Part shown: positions 55,595-64,000 of the stretch, one piece after another | Layout: every line of letters starts with the position of its first letter | Numbering within the stretch: the stretch's first letter is position 1 | DNA from: Dehalococcoidia bacterium | GTDB lineage: Bacteria > Chloroflexota > Dehalococcoidia > Bin125 | Direction: 5' to 3' | Assembly: GCA_022828105.1 (NCBI GenBank) | Contig: JAJEJC010000007.1 | Coordinates: forward strand, 204,885 to 268,884 | Length of the DNA: 64,000 nucleotides | Notes under the pieces: generated by a model | What the model was told of the DNA's origin: nothing | The model's database searches: none | What the model saw: only the letters and a program-made list of their open reading frames with translations | Program-made: the position numbers and the translations under genes

Positions 55595-56839
55595 GTGAAC
55601 ACCCCCTCGGCCCTCTTTGTCGACCTGTACGAACTGACCATGGCGCAGCTCTACTACGAGTGCGGCATGACGGGCGAAGCCGTCTTCGAGCTCACCGTCC
55701 GCGAACTGCCGGACAACTGGGACTACCTGATCGCGGCCGGGCTTGAGCGCGCGCTCGACTTCCTCGAATCGCTGCGGTTTGAGGAGGATGACCTGGAGTA
55801 CCTCCTCTCGCTGCCCCAGTTCGACCAACGCTTCATCGACCGACTCCGCACGCTGCGATTCACTGGCGACGTCTGGGCGCCGCCCGAGGGAACCGTCGTC
55901 TATCCCGACGAGCCTTTGATTCAGGTCGTCGCCCCCTTGCCCGAGGCGCAGATCGTTGAGACGGCGATGATCAATCAGATTGCCTATCCGACGCTTGTTG
56001 CCAGCAAAGCCGCCCGTGCCGTCGACGCCGCAGCGGGCAAACCGGTGATCGAGTTCGGCGGCAGACGAGCGCACGGTTCCGAGGCCGCAATCGAGGCCTC
56101 CCGCGCGGCCTACATCGCCGGATTCGAGGCGACCTCCTCTGTCGAGGCCGGACGCCGCTACGGCATCCCGACGACCGGCACCATGGCGCACAGCTTCGTG
56201 CTTGCCAGCGACAGCGAAGCCGACGCATTCGACGCCTTCGCCACTCGCTATCCGGCGACGACGCTGTTGGTCGATACCTATGAGACCGCCGACGGCGTCG
56301 CCAACGCGATCAGGACCGCGAAGCGGCACGGTCACGGCTCTGTTGGCGCAATCCGGATCGATTCCGGCGACCTCCTCAAGGAGTCTTGGCAGGCCCGGAT
56401 CAAGCTCGACACCGCCGGCATGTCCGACGTCCGCATCATCGTCAGCGGCGGGCTGGACGAACAACGTATCGCCGAGCTGGTCGGCTCGAATGCGCCGATC
56501 GACATCTTCGCATGCGGCACCAGCATCGTCGCCCCGCCGGATGCTGCGACATTGGACTCTGCCTACAAGATGGTCGAGTACCAGGGCAGCGCCGTCGCAA
56601 AGCGATCGCCGGGGAAGCCCAGCATCGGCCATCGCAAGCAGGTCTGGCGTCTTGCGGACCACGACCTGATCACACGCGTCGACGATCGCCCGCCCGACGC
56701 CGAACCCGTCTTGCAACACGTCATGTCGTCGGGACAACGCAGGCCAGCGGGTCTCGATTCCCTTGCCCGGATACGAGTTCGCGCGGCCGGCCCTCGAGGC
56801 CCCCGGCACGTGGAGATCGATCCCTCGCTGCTAACATGA
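55595..56839 (+). CDS. pncB: Nicotinate phosphoribosyltransferase
   Basis: LFVDLYELTMAQ...GTMAHSFV...AIRIDSGDL...IFACGTS NAPRTase motifs; forms a pncA-pncB NAD-salvage pair. Confidence 0.85.
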   Translation: MNTPSALFVDLYELTMAQLYYECGMTGEAVFELTVRELPDNWDYLIAAGLERALDFLESLRFEEDDLEYLLSLPQFDQRFIDRLRTLRFTGDVWAPPEGTVVYPDEPLIQVVAPLPEAQIVETAMINQIAYPTLVASKAARAVDAAAGKPVIEFGGRRAHGSEAAIEASRAAYIAGFEATSSVEAGRRYGIPTTGTMAHSFVLASDSEADAFDAFATRYPATTLLVDTYETADGVANAIRTAKRHGHGSVGAIRIDSGDLLKESWQARIKLDTAGMSDVRIIVSGGLDEQRIAELVGSNAPIDIFACGTSIVAPPDAATLDSAYKMVEYQGSAVAKRSPGKPSIGHRKQVWRLADHDLITRVDDRPPDAEPVLQHVMSSGQRRPAGLDSLARIRVRAAGPRGPRHVEIDPSLLT

Positions 56840-56871
56840 AATCCAGACATTTGTAGTTGGAGTACTACGGA

Positions 56872-58650
56872 ATGACCGATTCCAGAACCGACACTCCCGG
56901 CGTCGTCATCCCGATCTGGGACGACGAACTTGACGATTTCGAAACCGAAGCGACCGCCTTCCGCCAACAGCAACGCGAAGAGGTCGAGTTCATGCTCTAC
57001 CGGCTGCGGCAGGGGGTCTACGGACAGCGCCAGCCGGACGTGCATATGAACCGGATCAAGCTGCCGATGGGCGGCGTGACATCCGATCAGCTCGACGGAC
57101 TCGCAGAAGTCTGTGAGACCTTCGCCCCACTGGGCAAGGGCCACATCACTACCCGCCAGAACATCCAGGTGCACTTCGTCCCGCTCGACCAGATGCCCGA
57201 CATGCTTCGGGTGCTGGGCAAGGTCGGCCTCTCATCGCGCGAAGCCTGCGGCAACACCGTGCGCAACGTCACCGCCGACCCGTGGGCCGGCATCTCCGAG
57301 GACGAAGTCTTCGACCCGACGCCCTACGCCGGCGCGTTCGTGCGCTACTGGGTGCGCAACTCCATCACCCAGCTGCTGCCGAGAAAGTTCAAGGTCTACT
57401 TCACCGGCCGCGAGGCCGATTCGGCCATCGCCGCGATCCACGACCTCGCCTTCTTCTCCCAGGTCCGCACAATCGACGGCGAAGAGGTCCGCGGCTTCCG
57501 CGTCATGGTCGGCGGCGGACTCTCGACGATGCCCAAGGAAGCGGTCACGCTGACGGAATTCGTTCCCATGTCCGAGTTCCTCACCCTCTCCGAGGCCGTG
57601 ATCCGCATCTTCAACGCGGCCGACGAGCTGCGTAAGAACATCCTCAAGGCCCGCCTCAAGTTCCTCGTCCACCGCGTCGGCGAAGAAGCGTTCCGCGAGA
57701 TGGTCGACGAAGAACTGAAGAAGGGCTGGTCAGCCGAGACGCCGCCGCTTGAGCAACTGCTCTACATTGACGACGAGGATTCCGACGCGCGCGACATTGC
57801 GGTCGAACTTCCGTCCCCGAACGGCGACGCCGCCCGCTTCGAGCGCTTCCTTGTGGCGAACGTCCGACCGCAGGTCCAGGATGGCTACTCGGCCGTCGAG
57901 GCTTCAATCGACCAGGGCGACTTGACGCCGGAACAGTTCCGCGGCCTCGCCGAGATCCTGCGCAAGTACGGACGCGAGCGCGCCCGCACCACTCCGCAGC
58001 AGAATGTCGTGTTGCGCTGGATTCCCAACGAGGCCGTCTACGCGGTCTGGAAGGAACTCGACGAGCTGGGCATGGGCGCGCCCGATGCCCAGGAGATCGA
58101 GGATGTCGTCTCCTGCCCCGGTACCGACAGCTGCAAGCTGGGAATCACCTCCTCCATGGGCCTCAACCGCGCCGTCCAGGAGCGCGTCCGCTCGATGGCG
58201 ATTGACGACCCGCTCACGCGCAAGATGCGCATCCACATGAGCGGCTGCCCCAACAGCTGCGGCCAGCATCACATCGCCGACATCGGCTTCCACGGCGCGG
58301 CGATCAAGGTCGGCAATCGCCAGATTCCCGCCTACCACATGTTCATCGGCGGCACCTACCGCACCGAGGAAATGCGTCTCGGAACCCTGGTGCCCAAGGT
58401 CCGCATTCCTGCCAAGCGCGTCCCGGACGCCGTCGAGCGCGTGATCGACCTCTACCACGCCAACCGCGAAGACGATCAGGAACTCTTCAGCGACTGGATC
58501 GACCGCAGCGGTCTCAGCCCCATCCAGGAGAGCCTTAACGACCTCACCCTCCCGCCCGAGTTTTCGGCCGACACGCTGCCGATGTTCATCGACTGGGACC
58601 GCCAAGACATCTACATCCTCCAGCGCGGCGAAGGCGAGTGCGCGGTCTAA
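56872..58650 (+). CDS. sir: Ferredoxin-dependent sulfite/nitrite reductase hemoprotein (NirA/Sir family)
   Basis: Two nitrite/sulfite reductase ferredoxin-like half domains; siroheme/4Fe-4S ligands SCPGTDSCKLG and MSGCPNSCGQHHIADIGF. Start ATG 56872 (MTDSRTD) with GGAG SD. Confidence 0.85.
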   Translation: MTDSRTDTPGVVIPIWDDELDDFETEATAFRQQQREEVEFMLYRLRQGVYGQRQPDVHMNRIKLPMGGVTSDQLDGLAEVCETFAPLGKGHITTRQNIQVHFVPLDQMPDMLRVLGKVGLSSREACGNTVRNVTADPWAGISEDEVFDPTPYAGAFVRYWVRNSITQLLPRKFKVYFTGREADSAIAAIHDLAFFSQVRTIDGEEVRGFRVMVGGGLSTMPKEAVTLTEFVPMSEFLTLSEAVIRIFNAADELRKNILKARLKFLVHRVGEEAFREMVDEELKKGWSAETPPLEQLLYIDDEDSDARDIAVELPSPNGDAARFERFLVANVRPQVQDGYSAVEASIDQGDLTPEQFRGLAEILRKYGRERARTTPQQNVVLRWIPNEAVYAVWKELDELGMGAPDAQEIEDVVSCPGTDSCKLGITSSMGLNRAVQERVRSMAIDDPLTRKMRIHMSGCPNSCGQHHIADIGFHGAAIKVGNRQIPAYHMFIGGTYRTEEMRLGTLVPKVRIPAKRVPDAVERVIDLYHANREDDQELFSDWIDRSGLSPIQESLNDLTLPPEFSADTLPMFIDWDRQDIYILQRGEGECAV

Positions 58651-58712
58651 TCCCCCTTCCCCTCTCCCCCCGCTCCGCGGGGGGAGATGCCGAAGGCAGA
58701 GGGGGGCTGCTC
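58651..58712 (+). repeat. GC-rich multi-hairpin intergenic repeat, copy 5, immediately after the sulfite reductase stop
   Basis: TCCCCCTTCCCCTCTCCCCCCGC-TCC-GCGGGGGGAGATG-CCGAAGGCAG-AGGGGGGCTGCTC; outer arm CCCCTCT/AGAGGGG, inner arm CCCCCCGC/GCGGGGGG, central TGCC-GAA-GGCA. Confidence 0.8.
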
Positions 58713-58741
58713 GCGCCGAATCCTCGGGCAGCTAACCAAGC

Positions 58742-59323
58742 ATGATCACCGAACGCCGCCTTGCCCGGATGCGCGAAGTCCTCGAACACCGCCACGACGA
58801 TGTCGTCGTCGTCATCGAAAACGTCCACGATCCCCACAACGCCTCAGCCATCCTCAGAAGCTGCGACGCCTTCGGCGTCGGCCGCATCGCCCTCGTCTAC
58901 ACCGACCAAGTCTTTCCCGAGATCTCCGGCGGCGTCGCTGCCCAGGTCCAGAAGTGGCTCCAGATCGAGCGCTTCGACTCCGCCGAAGCCTGCGTCGCCG
59001 CCCTGCATGCCGAGGGCATCAAGGTCTACGCCACACAACTCACCGACGACGCGCAGGACTACCTCGACATCGACTTCGCCGGACCGGCCGCCATCGTTCT
59101 CGGCAACGAACACGCCGGCTGCTCCGACGAAATGACCGCCCTTGCCGACGGCGCAATCATCGTGCCCATGGTCGGATTCGCCCAGTCCCTTAACGTCTCC
59201 GTCGCCGCCGCCGTCCTGCTCGCCGAGCTCGCCCGCCAGCGCCGCGATCTGCCGCCGCCCTGGACCGAACGTAAGGCGACGCTGCAGCAAACCTGGATCG
59301 ATCGCGAATCCTCGCTCCGGTGA
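58742..59323 (+). CDS. TrmH/SpoU-family tRNA/rRNA 2'-O-methyltransferase (short, TrmH-like)
   Basis: VVVIENVHDPHNASAILRSCDAFGV, LGNEHAGCS, SLNVSVAAAVLLAEL SPOUT motifs. Confidence 0.8.
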   Translation: MITERRLARMREVLEHRHDDVVVVIENVHDPHNASAILRSCDAFGVGRIALVYTDQVFPEISGGVAAQVQKWLQIERFDSAEACVAALHAEGIKVYATQLTDDAQDYLDIDFAGPAAIVLGNEHAGCSDEMTALADGAIIVPMVGFAQSLNVSVAAAVLLAELARQRRDLPPPWTERKATLQQTWIDRESSLR

Positions 59324-59384
59324 GCGGGTCGGCGTCGTGTAGCATCGCGGTTGACAACGTGAGCAAATCGAAGAGGAGCACACA

Positions 59385-59801
59385 ATGGCCGACTACGCCG
59401 GCAGACTGCCCGTGGCGACGCCTGAGTCGAAGCCCTACTGGGACGGTCTCAAGGAACACAAGCTGATGCTGCCCACCTGCGACGACTGCGGTCCGCACTT
59501 CTACCCGCGACCGTTCTGCCCCATGCCCGATTGCTTCAACTGGGACATCAAGTGGACCCAGGCCTCAGGCAAGGGCAAGGTGCACACCTTCGTCATCTCC
59601 CACCAGCCGATTCCGCCTTACAATTCCGAGGACAACGCGCCGCCCTACGTGATCGCCGTGATCGAACTCGAAGAGGGCCCGCGCATGATGTCCAACCTGA
59701 TCATCGACGACCCCTACCAGACCACGGTCGACATGGACGTCGAGATCGTCTTCGACGACGTGACCGACGAGGTCACGCTGCCCAAGTTCAAGCCTGTCTA
59801 G
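59385..59801 (+). CDS. Zn-ribbon OB-fold protein (DUF35 family), second copy
   Basis: CDDCGPHFYPRPFCPMPDC zinc ribbon plus OB fold; directly upstream of a second SCP-x-type thiolase. Confidence 0.8.
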   Translation: MADYAGRLPVATPESKPYWDGLKEHKLMLPTCDDCGPHFYPRPFCPMPDCFNWDIKWTQASGKGKVHTFVISHQPIPPYNSEDNAPPYVIAVIELEEGPRMMSNLIIDDPYQTTVDMDVEIVFDDVTDEVTLPKFKPV

Positions 59802-59852
59802 GCGCCGATTACTTCAGCTTTCTGACAATCCTTGCGGAAACGGAGACCACTC

Positions 59853-61055
59853 ATGGATCAGATTCGACACAAGGTCGCGATCGTCGGCGCTGCTGAGACC
59901 GACGATCTGGGCCAGCTACCGCACATGTCGCGGCTCGCGCTGCACGCGCAGGCGGCCAAGAACGCGCTCGACGACGCCGGCATCTCGCTGGGTGACGTCG
60001 ACGGCCTGCTCTGCGCCGGCGCGATTCCCAACGAGGTTGCCGAGTACCTCGGCATCCAGCCCCGCTACATCGACGGCACGTCGGTCGGCGGCTGCTCGTT
60101 CATGATTCACGTCCGCCACGCCGTCGCCGCGATTATGGCCGGCTACTGCGATGTCGCACTCGTCACCCACGGAGAGAGTGGACGCTCCGGCGTCGACGCC
60201 CCGCGCGGCGGCTCGGCCTCCTCGCCGGGCGGCCAGTACGAGGCGCCGTTCGCCATCGGCGGCGCGCCGACCACCTTCTCGATTCCCGTGCTGCGGCACT
60301 TCCACGAGTACGGCACGACTAAGGAACACCTCGCCCACATCGCCGCCGCGACCCGCGCCTGGGCAAACCTCAACCCGATGGCAATGATGGGCAGTCACCG
60401 CCGCGCGCCCGAACGCGGCGGCGGACCGATCACCCCGCAGGACGTGCTCAACTCGCGGATGATCTGCTATCCCTTCAACCTGCTCGACTGCTGCGTCGTC
60501 GCCGACGGCGGCGGCGCGCTCGTGCTCGTCTCCGAGGAACGCGCCAAGGACTACGCCAAGGATCCGGTCTACGTGCTCGGCGCGGGCGAAGCCGCCGCGC
60601 ACTGGATGGTCTCGCAGATGCGCGACCACACCACGGCCGACGGCTACCGGATCGCCGGCGAAGCCGCCTACAAGAGCGCTGGCCTCGGCCCGCAGGACAT
60701 CGACCACTGCATGTTCTACGACGCCTTCACCTTCACCCCGCTGATGGCCGCCGAAGACCTGGGCTTCGTGCCCAAGGGCGAAGGCGGGCCCTTCTTCGCC
60801 GAGACCAAGACCGGACCGGACGGCGAAGTGATCTACAAGTCCGGCCCTGGCGGCGACTTCCCCATGAACACCAATGGCGGCGGACTCTCCTACTGTCACA
60901 CCGGCATGTACGGCATGTTCGCCATCATCGAGTCCGTCCGCCAGCTGCGCGGCGAATGCGGCGACCGGCAGGTCCCCGACGTCAACGTCAGCATGGCCCA
61001 CGGTCCCGGCGGCATGTTCGCCTCAGCCGGCACCCTCATCCTCGCCAACGCCTGA
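59853..61055 (+). CDS. Thiolase-fold lipid-transfer-protein/SCP-x-type thiolase, second copy
   Basis: VAIVGAAETDDLGQ N-terminus, thiolase fold (NTNGGGLSYCHTGMYG...HGPGGMFAS). Start ATG 59853 with GGAG SD; the ORF-track TTG at 59832 is less likely. Confidence 0.8.
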   Translation: MDQIRHKVAIVGAAETDDLGQLPHMSRLALHAQAAKNALDDAGISLGDVDGLLCAGAIPNEVAEYLGIQPRYIDGTSVGGCSFMIHVRHAVAAIMAGYCDVALVTHGESGRSGVDAPRGGSASSPGGQYEAPFAIGGAPTTFSIPVLRHFHEYGTTKEHLAHIAAATRAWANLNPMAMMGSHRRAPERGGGPITPQDVLNSRMICYPFNLLDCCVVADGGGALVLVSEERAKDYAKDPVYVLGAGEAAAHWMVSQMRDHTTADGYRIAGEAAYKSAGLGPQDIDHCMFYDAFTFTPLMAAEDLGFVPKGEGGPFFAETKTGPDGEVIYKSGPGGDFPMNTNGGGLSYCHTGMYGMFAIIESVRQLRGECGDRQVPDVNVSMAHGPGGMFASAGTLILANA

Positions 61056-61086
61056 CGCTATGTCTATGTCCGGTCAACCATCGCAG

Positions 61087-61120
61087 GGGCGGCCATCGCG
61101 GCCGCCCTTGCCGTTTCGCT
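61087..61120 (+). terminator. Putative intrinsic terminator between convergent thiolase and MFS genes
   Basis: GGGCGGCC-atcgc-GGCCGCCC perfect 8-bp GC stem followed by TTGCCGTTTCGCT. Confidence 0.45.
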
Positions 61121-61133
61121 CAGGACTGGGCGG

Positions 61134-62471
61134 TCACGTTCCATAGCGCAGAGGCGGGTCCGGCCGACGAGCCAGCAGCACGCTGAGCGCGGCGCAGAGC
61201 AGCAGGCCGACAAAGACGATGTAGATCAGGTCGTACGACCCTCGGTTGTCGATCACCAGACCCGACACGAATGGTCCGAAGGCGTTGAGAATCAACTGCG
61301 GCGGCGCCGTCACTGACCGGATCCGGCCGACCGAGTAGCGGCCGAAGTAATCGGGAAACGAGATCCGGTTGAGCGGTAGCTGGGCCCCGAACGAGAGCCC
61401 GTGCCAGACGGCAAAGACGAACGCCATCCAGACCGTGTCGGTGAGGATGAACCAGACGACGGCGCTGGCCGTCACGCAGACCACCAACGGCAGCGCATAG
61501 CGCACCGCCATTCGCTGGCGTAGCTCGCCACCCAGCACGCCGCCGATGATGCCCATGCCCGCCCACAGTGCGAGCGCCGAACGAGCAGTATCCGCGCTTA
61601 TGCCGTTCTCGGTCATGTGCGACACGAACGTGAAGTTGACCGACCCGCCGACCACCATCAGCATCGTCGTGCCGAAGAGCAGCAGCCAAAAGGCGCGCGT
61701 CCGGATCGCCTCGCGCACGGTCCAATCCGGATCGTCCTGCGACAAGGGTGTTGAGCCGGCATCCATGCGCTGGCCGCTTCGGCGTAAACCGTCAGGCCGC
61801 AACCCCACGTCTTCAGGGCGGCGGCGCATGATCAGCGGCGGCAGCAGCCCCACGACCGCCACGAGCAGCGCCATCAGGAGAAATGCCTCGCGCAGGCCGC
61901 CGAGCCAGAATCCTGCCGTGATCACGAGCGGGAAGATCATCATTCCGCTGCGTGTGCCAATCATCGTCAGACCCATTGCCGAGCCGCGCCGCTGGATGAA
62001 CCAGTTGGCGATCACGACGACCACCGCGATGTCGATCACGGCGACCGTCACGCCGCGGCCGACGCCCCACAGCAGTAGAAACTGCCAGAGCCGGTCGATG
62101 AATCCCAGCGCAACCATCACGCCGGCGACCAGACCGACAGAGACGAACAGCAGCATGCGCGGACCGTGACGGTCCGCGATCGGGCCGACGAACGATGCCA
62201 GGACTCCTCCCCCGATGCCGCCAATCACCATCGTCAGCGCAATCGACGCCGTGCTCCAGCCGTACTCAGCCTGCAACTCGGGCGTCAATGCGCCCAGTAC
62301 CGGATTGAAGAACGAGACGGCTGCGAACGACGACATCGACGCGGCTGCGGCGATCCACCAACCGGCAAACACCCGCCGGAATGGTCGGGCGTACAGCAGT
62401 CGCGGCAGATGTTCGCGGCGCCGCAGTTCCAGGTGACGCTGCGGGTTGGGCGGTTGGCTCATGGACGCCAC
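61134..62471 (-). CDS. MFS transporter
   Basis: 445 aa, about 12 predicted TM helices, MFS-type loop motifs (GPIADRHGPRMLL). Confidence 0.8.
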   Translation of the reverse strand: MASMSQPPNPQRHLELRRREHLPRLLYARPFRRVFAGWWIAAAASMSSFAAVSFFNPVLGALTPELQAEYGWSTASIALTMVIGGIGGGVLASFVGPIADRHGPRMLLFVSVGLVAGVMVALGFIDRLWQFLLLWGVGRGVTVAVIDIAVVVVIANWFIQRRGSAMGLTMIGTRSGMMIFPLVITAGFWLGGLREAFLLMALLVAVVGLLPPLIMRRRPEDVGLRPDGLRRSGQRMDAGSTPLSQDDPDWTVREAIRTRAFWLLLFGTTMLMVVGGSVNFTFVSHMTENGISADTARSALALWAGMGIIGGVLGGELRQRMAVRYALPLVVCVTASAVVWFILTDTVWMAFVFAVWHGLSFGAQLPLNRISFPDYFGRYSVGRIRSVTAPPQLILNAFGPFVSGLVIDNRGSYDLIYIVFVGLLLCAALSVLLARRPDPPLRYGT

Positions 62472-62527
62472 TACCCTAGCGCGAGAAGCAGATCGCCGGA
62501 GCTTGCTCCCTTGGCCGCGGAGGTGTC

Positions 62528-63529
62528 ATGTCCGAGAGTTCACTGCGCATCGGCGTGACGACGGAGCTCGACGGGCGCGCCGGCGCTCGGCTGCGGGAGA
62601 TCGCGCCCGAAGCCGAAGTCGTCCTGCTCCATCCCGACGGCTCCTGGTCCGCCAATCCAGACCACCTCGACGGCTTCTTCTTCTCCGAGGATCTCTACTA
62701 TCTGCCCGAGGCCGCCGGCGCGTTCATCGCACTCCTGGACAGGGCCCGTCCTCGATGGATGCAGACCGCCAGTACGGGGGTCGATCACGCCATCTTCGCG
62801 TACCTGATCGACTCTGGATCAATCGTCACCAACTCGCCCGGAGTCCACGGCGGACCGATCGCCGAGTATGTCTTCGCCTACATCCTCAGTCACGCCAAGC
62901 GACTCCCCCAACACGCGGAACATCACGCCGAACGCCGGTGGTCTCCGCTCGATTCGGTCGAACTGACCGGTCAGACCCTCGGTATCGTCGGCTACGGAGG
63001 GATCGGCGAGGCCTGCGCGCGGCTTGGTCGGTCATTCGGCATGCGCACGATCGGTACCAAACGCCGTCCGCCCAACGACGACATCCTCGACCAGCACCTC
63101 GCACCCGACCGGCTGCACGGGCTTCTCGCCGAGAGCGATTATGTCGTCCTGTGCTGTCCGCTCACCGACGAGACCATCAACCTCATCGACGCCGACGCCC
63201 TGTCGGCGATGCAACCACATGCCCTGCTGATCAACGTCGCCCGTGGACGAGTCATCGACCACGACGCGCTGAGCGACGCCTTGCGCGATGGCGCGATTGC
63301 CGGCGCAGTGCTCGATGTCGCGCCTGTGGAACCGCTCACACCCGACTCGCCGCTCTGGGACTTGCCCAACTGCCGGATCACGCCGCACGACTCCTGCCAT
63401 GTGGACTCCTCCTACATGCGCACGGCCGACTTCTTCTTCACCAACCTCGCCCACCTGGCCGCCGGAGAGCCGCTGGAGTGGGTCGTCACCGACATCGAGC
63501 TTTCCAACCCGAGCACTGGAGACGTCTAG
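62528..63529 (+). CDS. D-isomer-specific 2-hydroxyacid dehydrogenase family, NAD-binding
   Basis: GQTLGIVGYGGIGEACARL Rossmann motif, INVARGRVID, catalytic His context ITPHDS. Confidence 0.85.
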   Translation: MSESSLRIGVTTELDGRAGARLREIAPEAEVVLLHPDGSWSANPDHLDGFFFSEDLYYLPEAAGAFIALLDRARPRWMQTASTGVDHAIFAYLIDSGSIVTNSPGVHGGPIAEYVFAYILSHAKRLPQHAEHHAERRWSPLDSVELTGQTLGIVGYGGIGEACARLGRSFGMRTIGTKRRPPNDDILDQHLAPDRLHGLLAESDYVVLCCPLTDETINLIDADALSAMQPHALLINVARGRVIDHDALSDALRDGAIAGAVLDVAPVEPLTPDSPLWDLPNCRITPHDSCHVDSSYMRTADFFFTNLAHLAAGEPLEWVVTDIELSNPSTGDV

Positions 63530-63537
63530 GAGCCGCC

Positions 63538-64000
63538 ATGACCGACCACGTCCATCCCCCCGGACCGCTCGCCGGCATTCGCGTCCTCGACCTGACGTGG
63601 GTGCTCGCCGGACCGTACGCGGCGATGATCCTCTGCGATCTCGGCGCGGAGGTCGTCAAGGTCGAGCGACCGCCCCACGGCGACGTCGCGCGCACGACCG
63701 GGCCGTTCGTCAACAACGAGTCGATGTACTTCCAATCGGTCAATCGAGGCAAGAAGAGCATCTCAATCGATCTCCGCTCCAGCGAAGGGCGCGACCTGTT
63801 TCTGCGCCTCGCCGACGAGGCCGATGTGGTCATGGAGAACTTCACGCCGGGTGTGATGGACAAGCTCGGGATCGGTCCCGAGGCGTTGCTGGAGCGCAAT
63901 CCTCGACTGGTGTTTGCCTCGACCTCGGGATTTGGACAGACCGGACCGTGGCGCGACCGGCCGGCGCTCGACATCATCGTCCAGGGCATGGGCGGCGTGA
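63538..64000 (+). CDS. Family-III CoA-transferase (CaiB/BaiF), partial (runs off window end)
   Basis: GIRVLDLTWVLAGPYAAMILCDLGAEVVKVERP...DVVMENFTPGVMDKLGIGPEAL; ATG 63538. Confidence 0.8.
   Translation, partial: MTDHVHPPGPLAGIRVLDLTWVLAGPYAAMILCDLGAEVVKVERPPHGDVARTTGPFVNNESMYFQSVNRGKKSISIDLRSSEGRDLFLRLADEADVVMENFTPGVMDKLGIGPEALLERNPRLVFASTSGFGQTGPWRDRPALDIIVQGMGGV

Overview
High-GC (~68-70%) chromosomal window, probably from an F420-using Chloroflexota (Thermomicrobia-like) or actinobacterial genome, and almost entirely coding. I found no CRISPR array, no transposase or integrase, and no rRNA. I annotated about 60 CDS and five tRNAs: Arg-CCT alone, plus a Trp-Leu-Gly-Cys cluster. The left part is housekeeping and central carbon metabolism: aldo/keto reductase, yvcK, secG, fmt-rlmN, rplY(L25), hydantoinase/oxoprolinase hyuAB, an M28 peptidase with a LysM lipoprotein, then a tandem run of pccB-acn-mdh-fumC, with ppc further on. 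The middle and right parts carry CoA-dependent catabolic modules: two DUF35 Zn-ribbon/SCP-x-type thiolase pairs, four family-III (CaiB/BaiF) CoA-transferase genes (one a tandem-fused 828-aa double-domain protein), two acyl-CoA dehydrogenases, a class-II fumarate-lyase-family protein, a tandem EthD protein, and luciferase-like (LLM, F420-type) oxidoreductases with DinB/DUF664 partners. Also present: pcrA, mazG, pncA-pncB, and a ferredoxin-type sulfite/nitrite reductase. The most striking unexplained signal is a family of five ~55-60-nt GC-rich multi-hairpin repeats (core CTCCCCCCGC-N3-5-GCGGGGGGAGATG-hairpin-AGAGGGGGGC). Each sits within a few nucleotides of a stop codon, always in the orientation of the upstream gene. 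Second is a secreted protein built from three tandem sCache_2-like domains with no output domain. The many long antisense ORFs in the six-frame track are GC-skew artefacts and are rejected.
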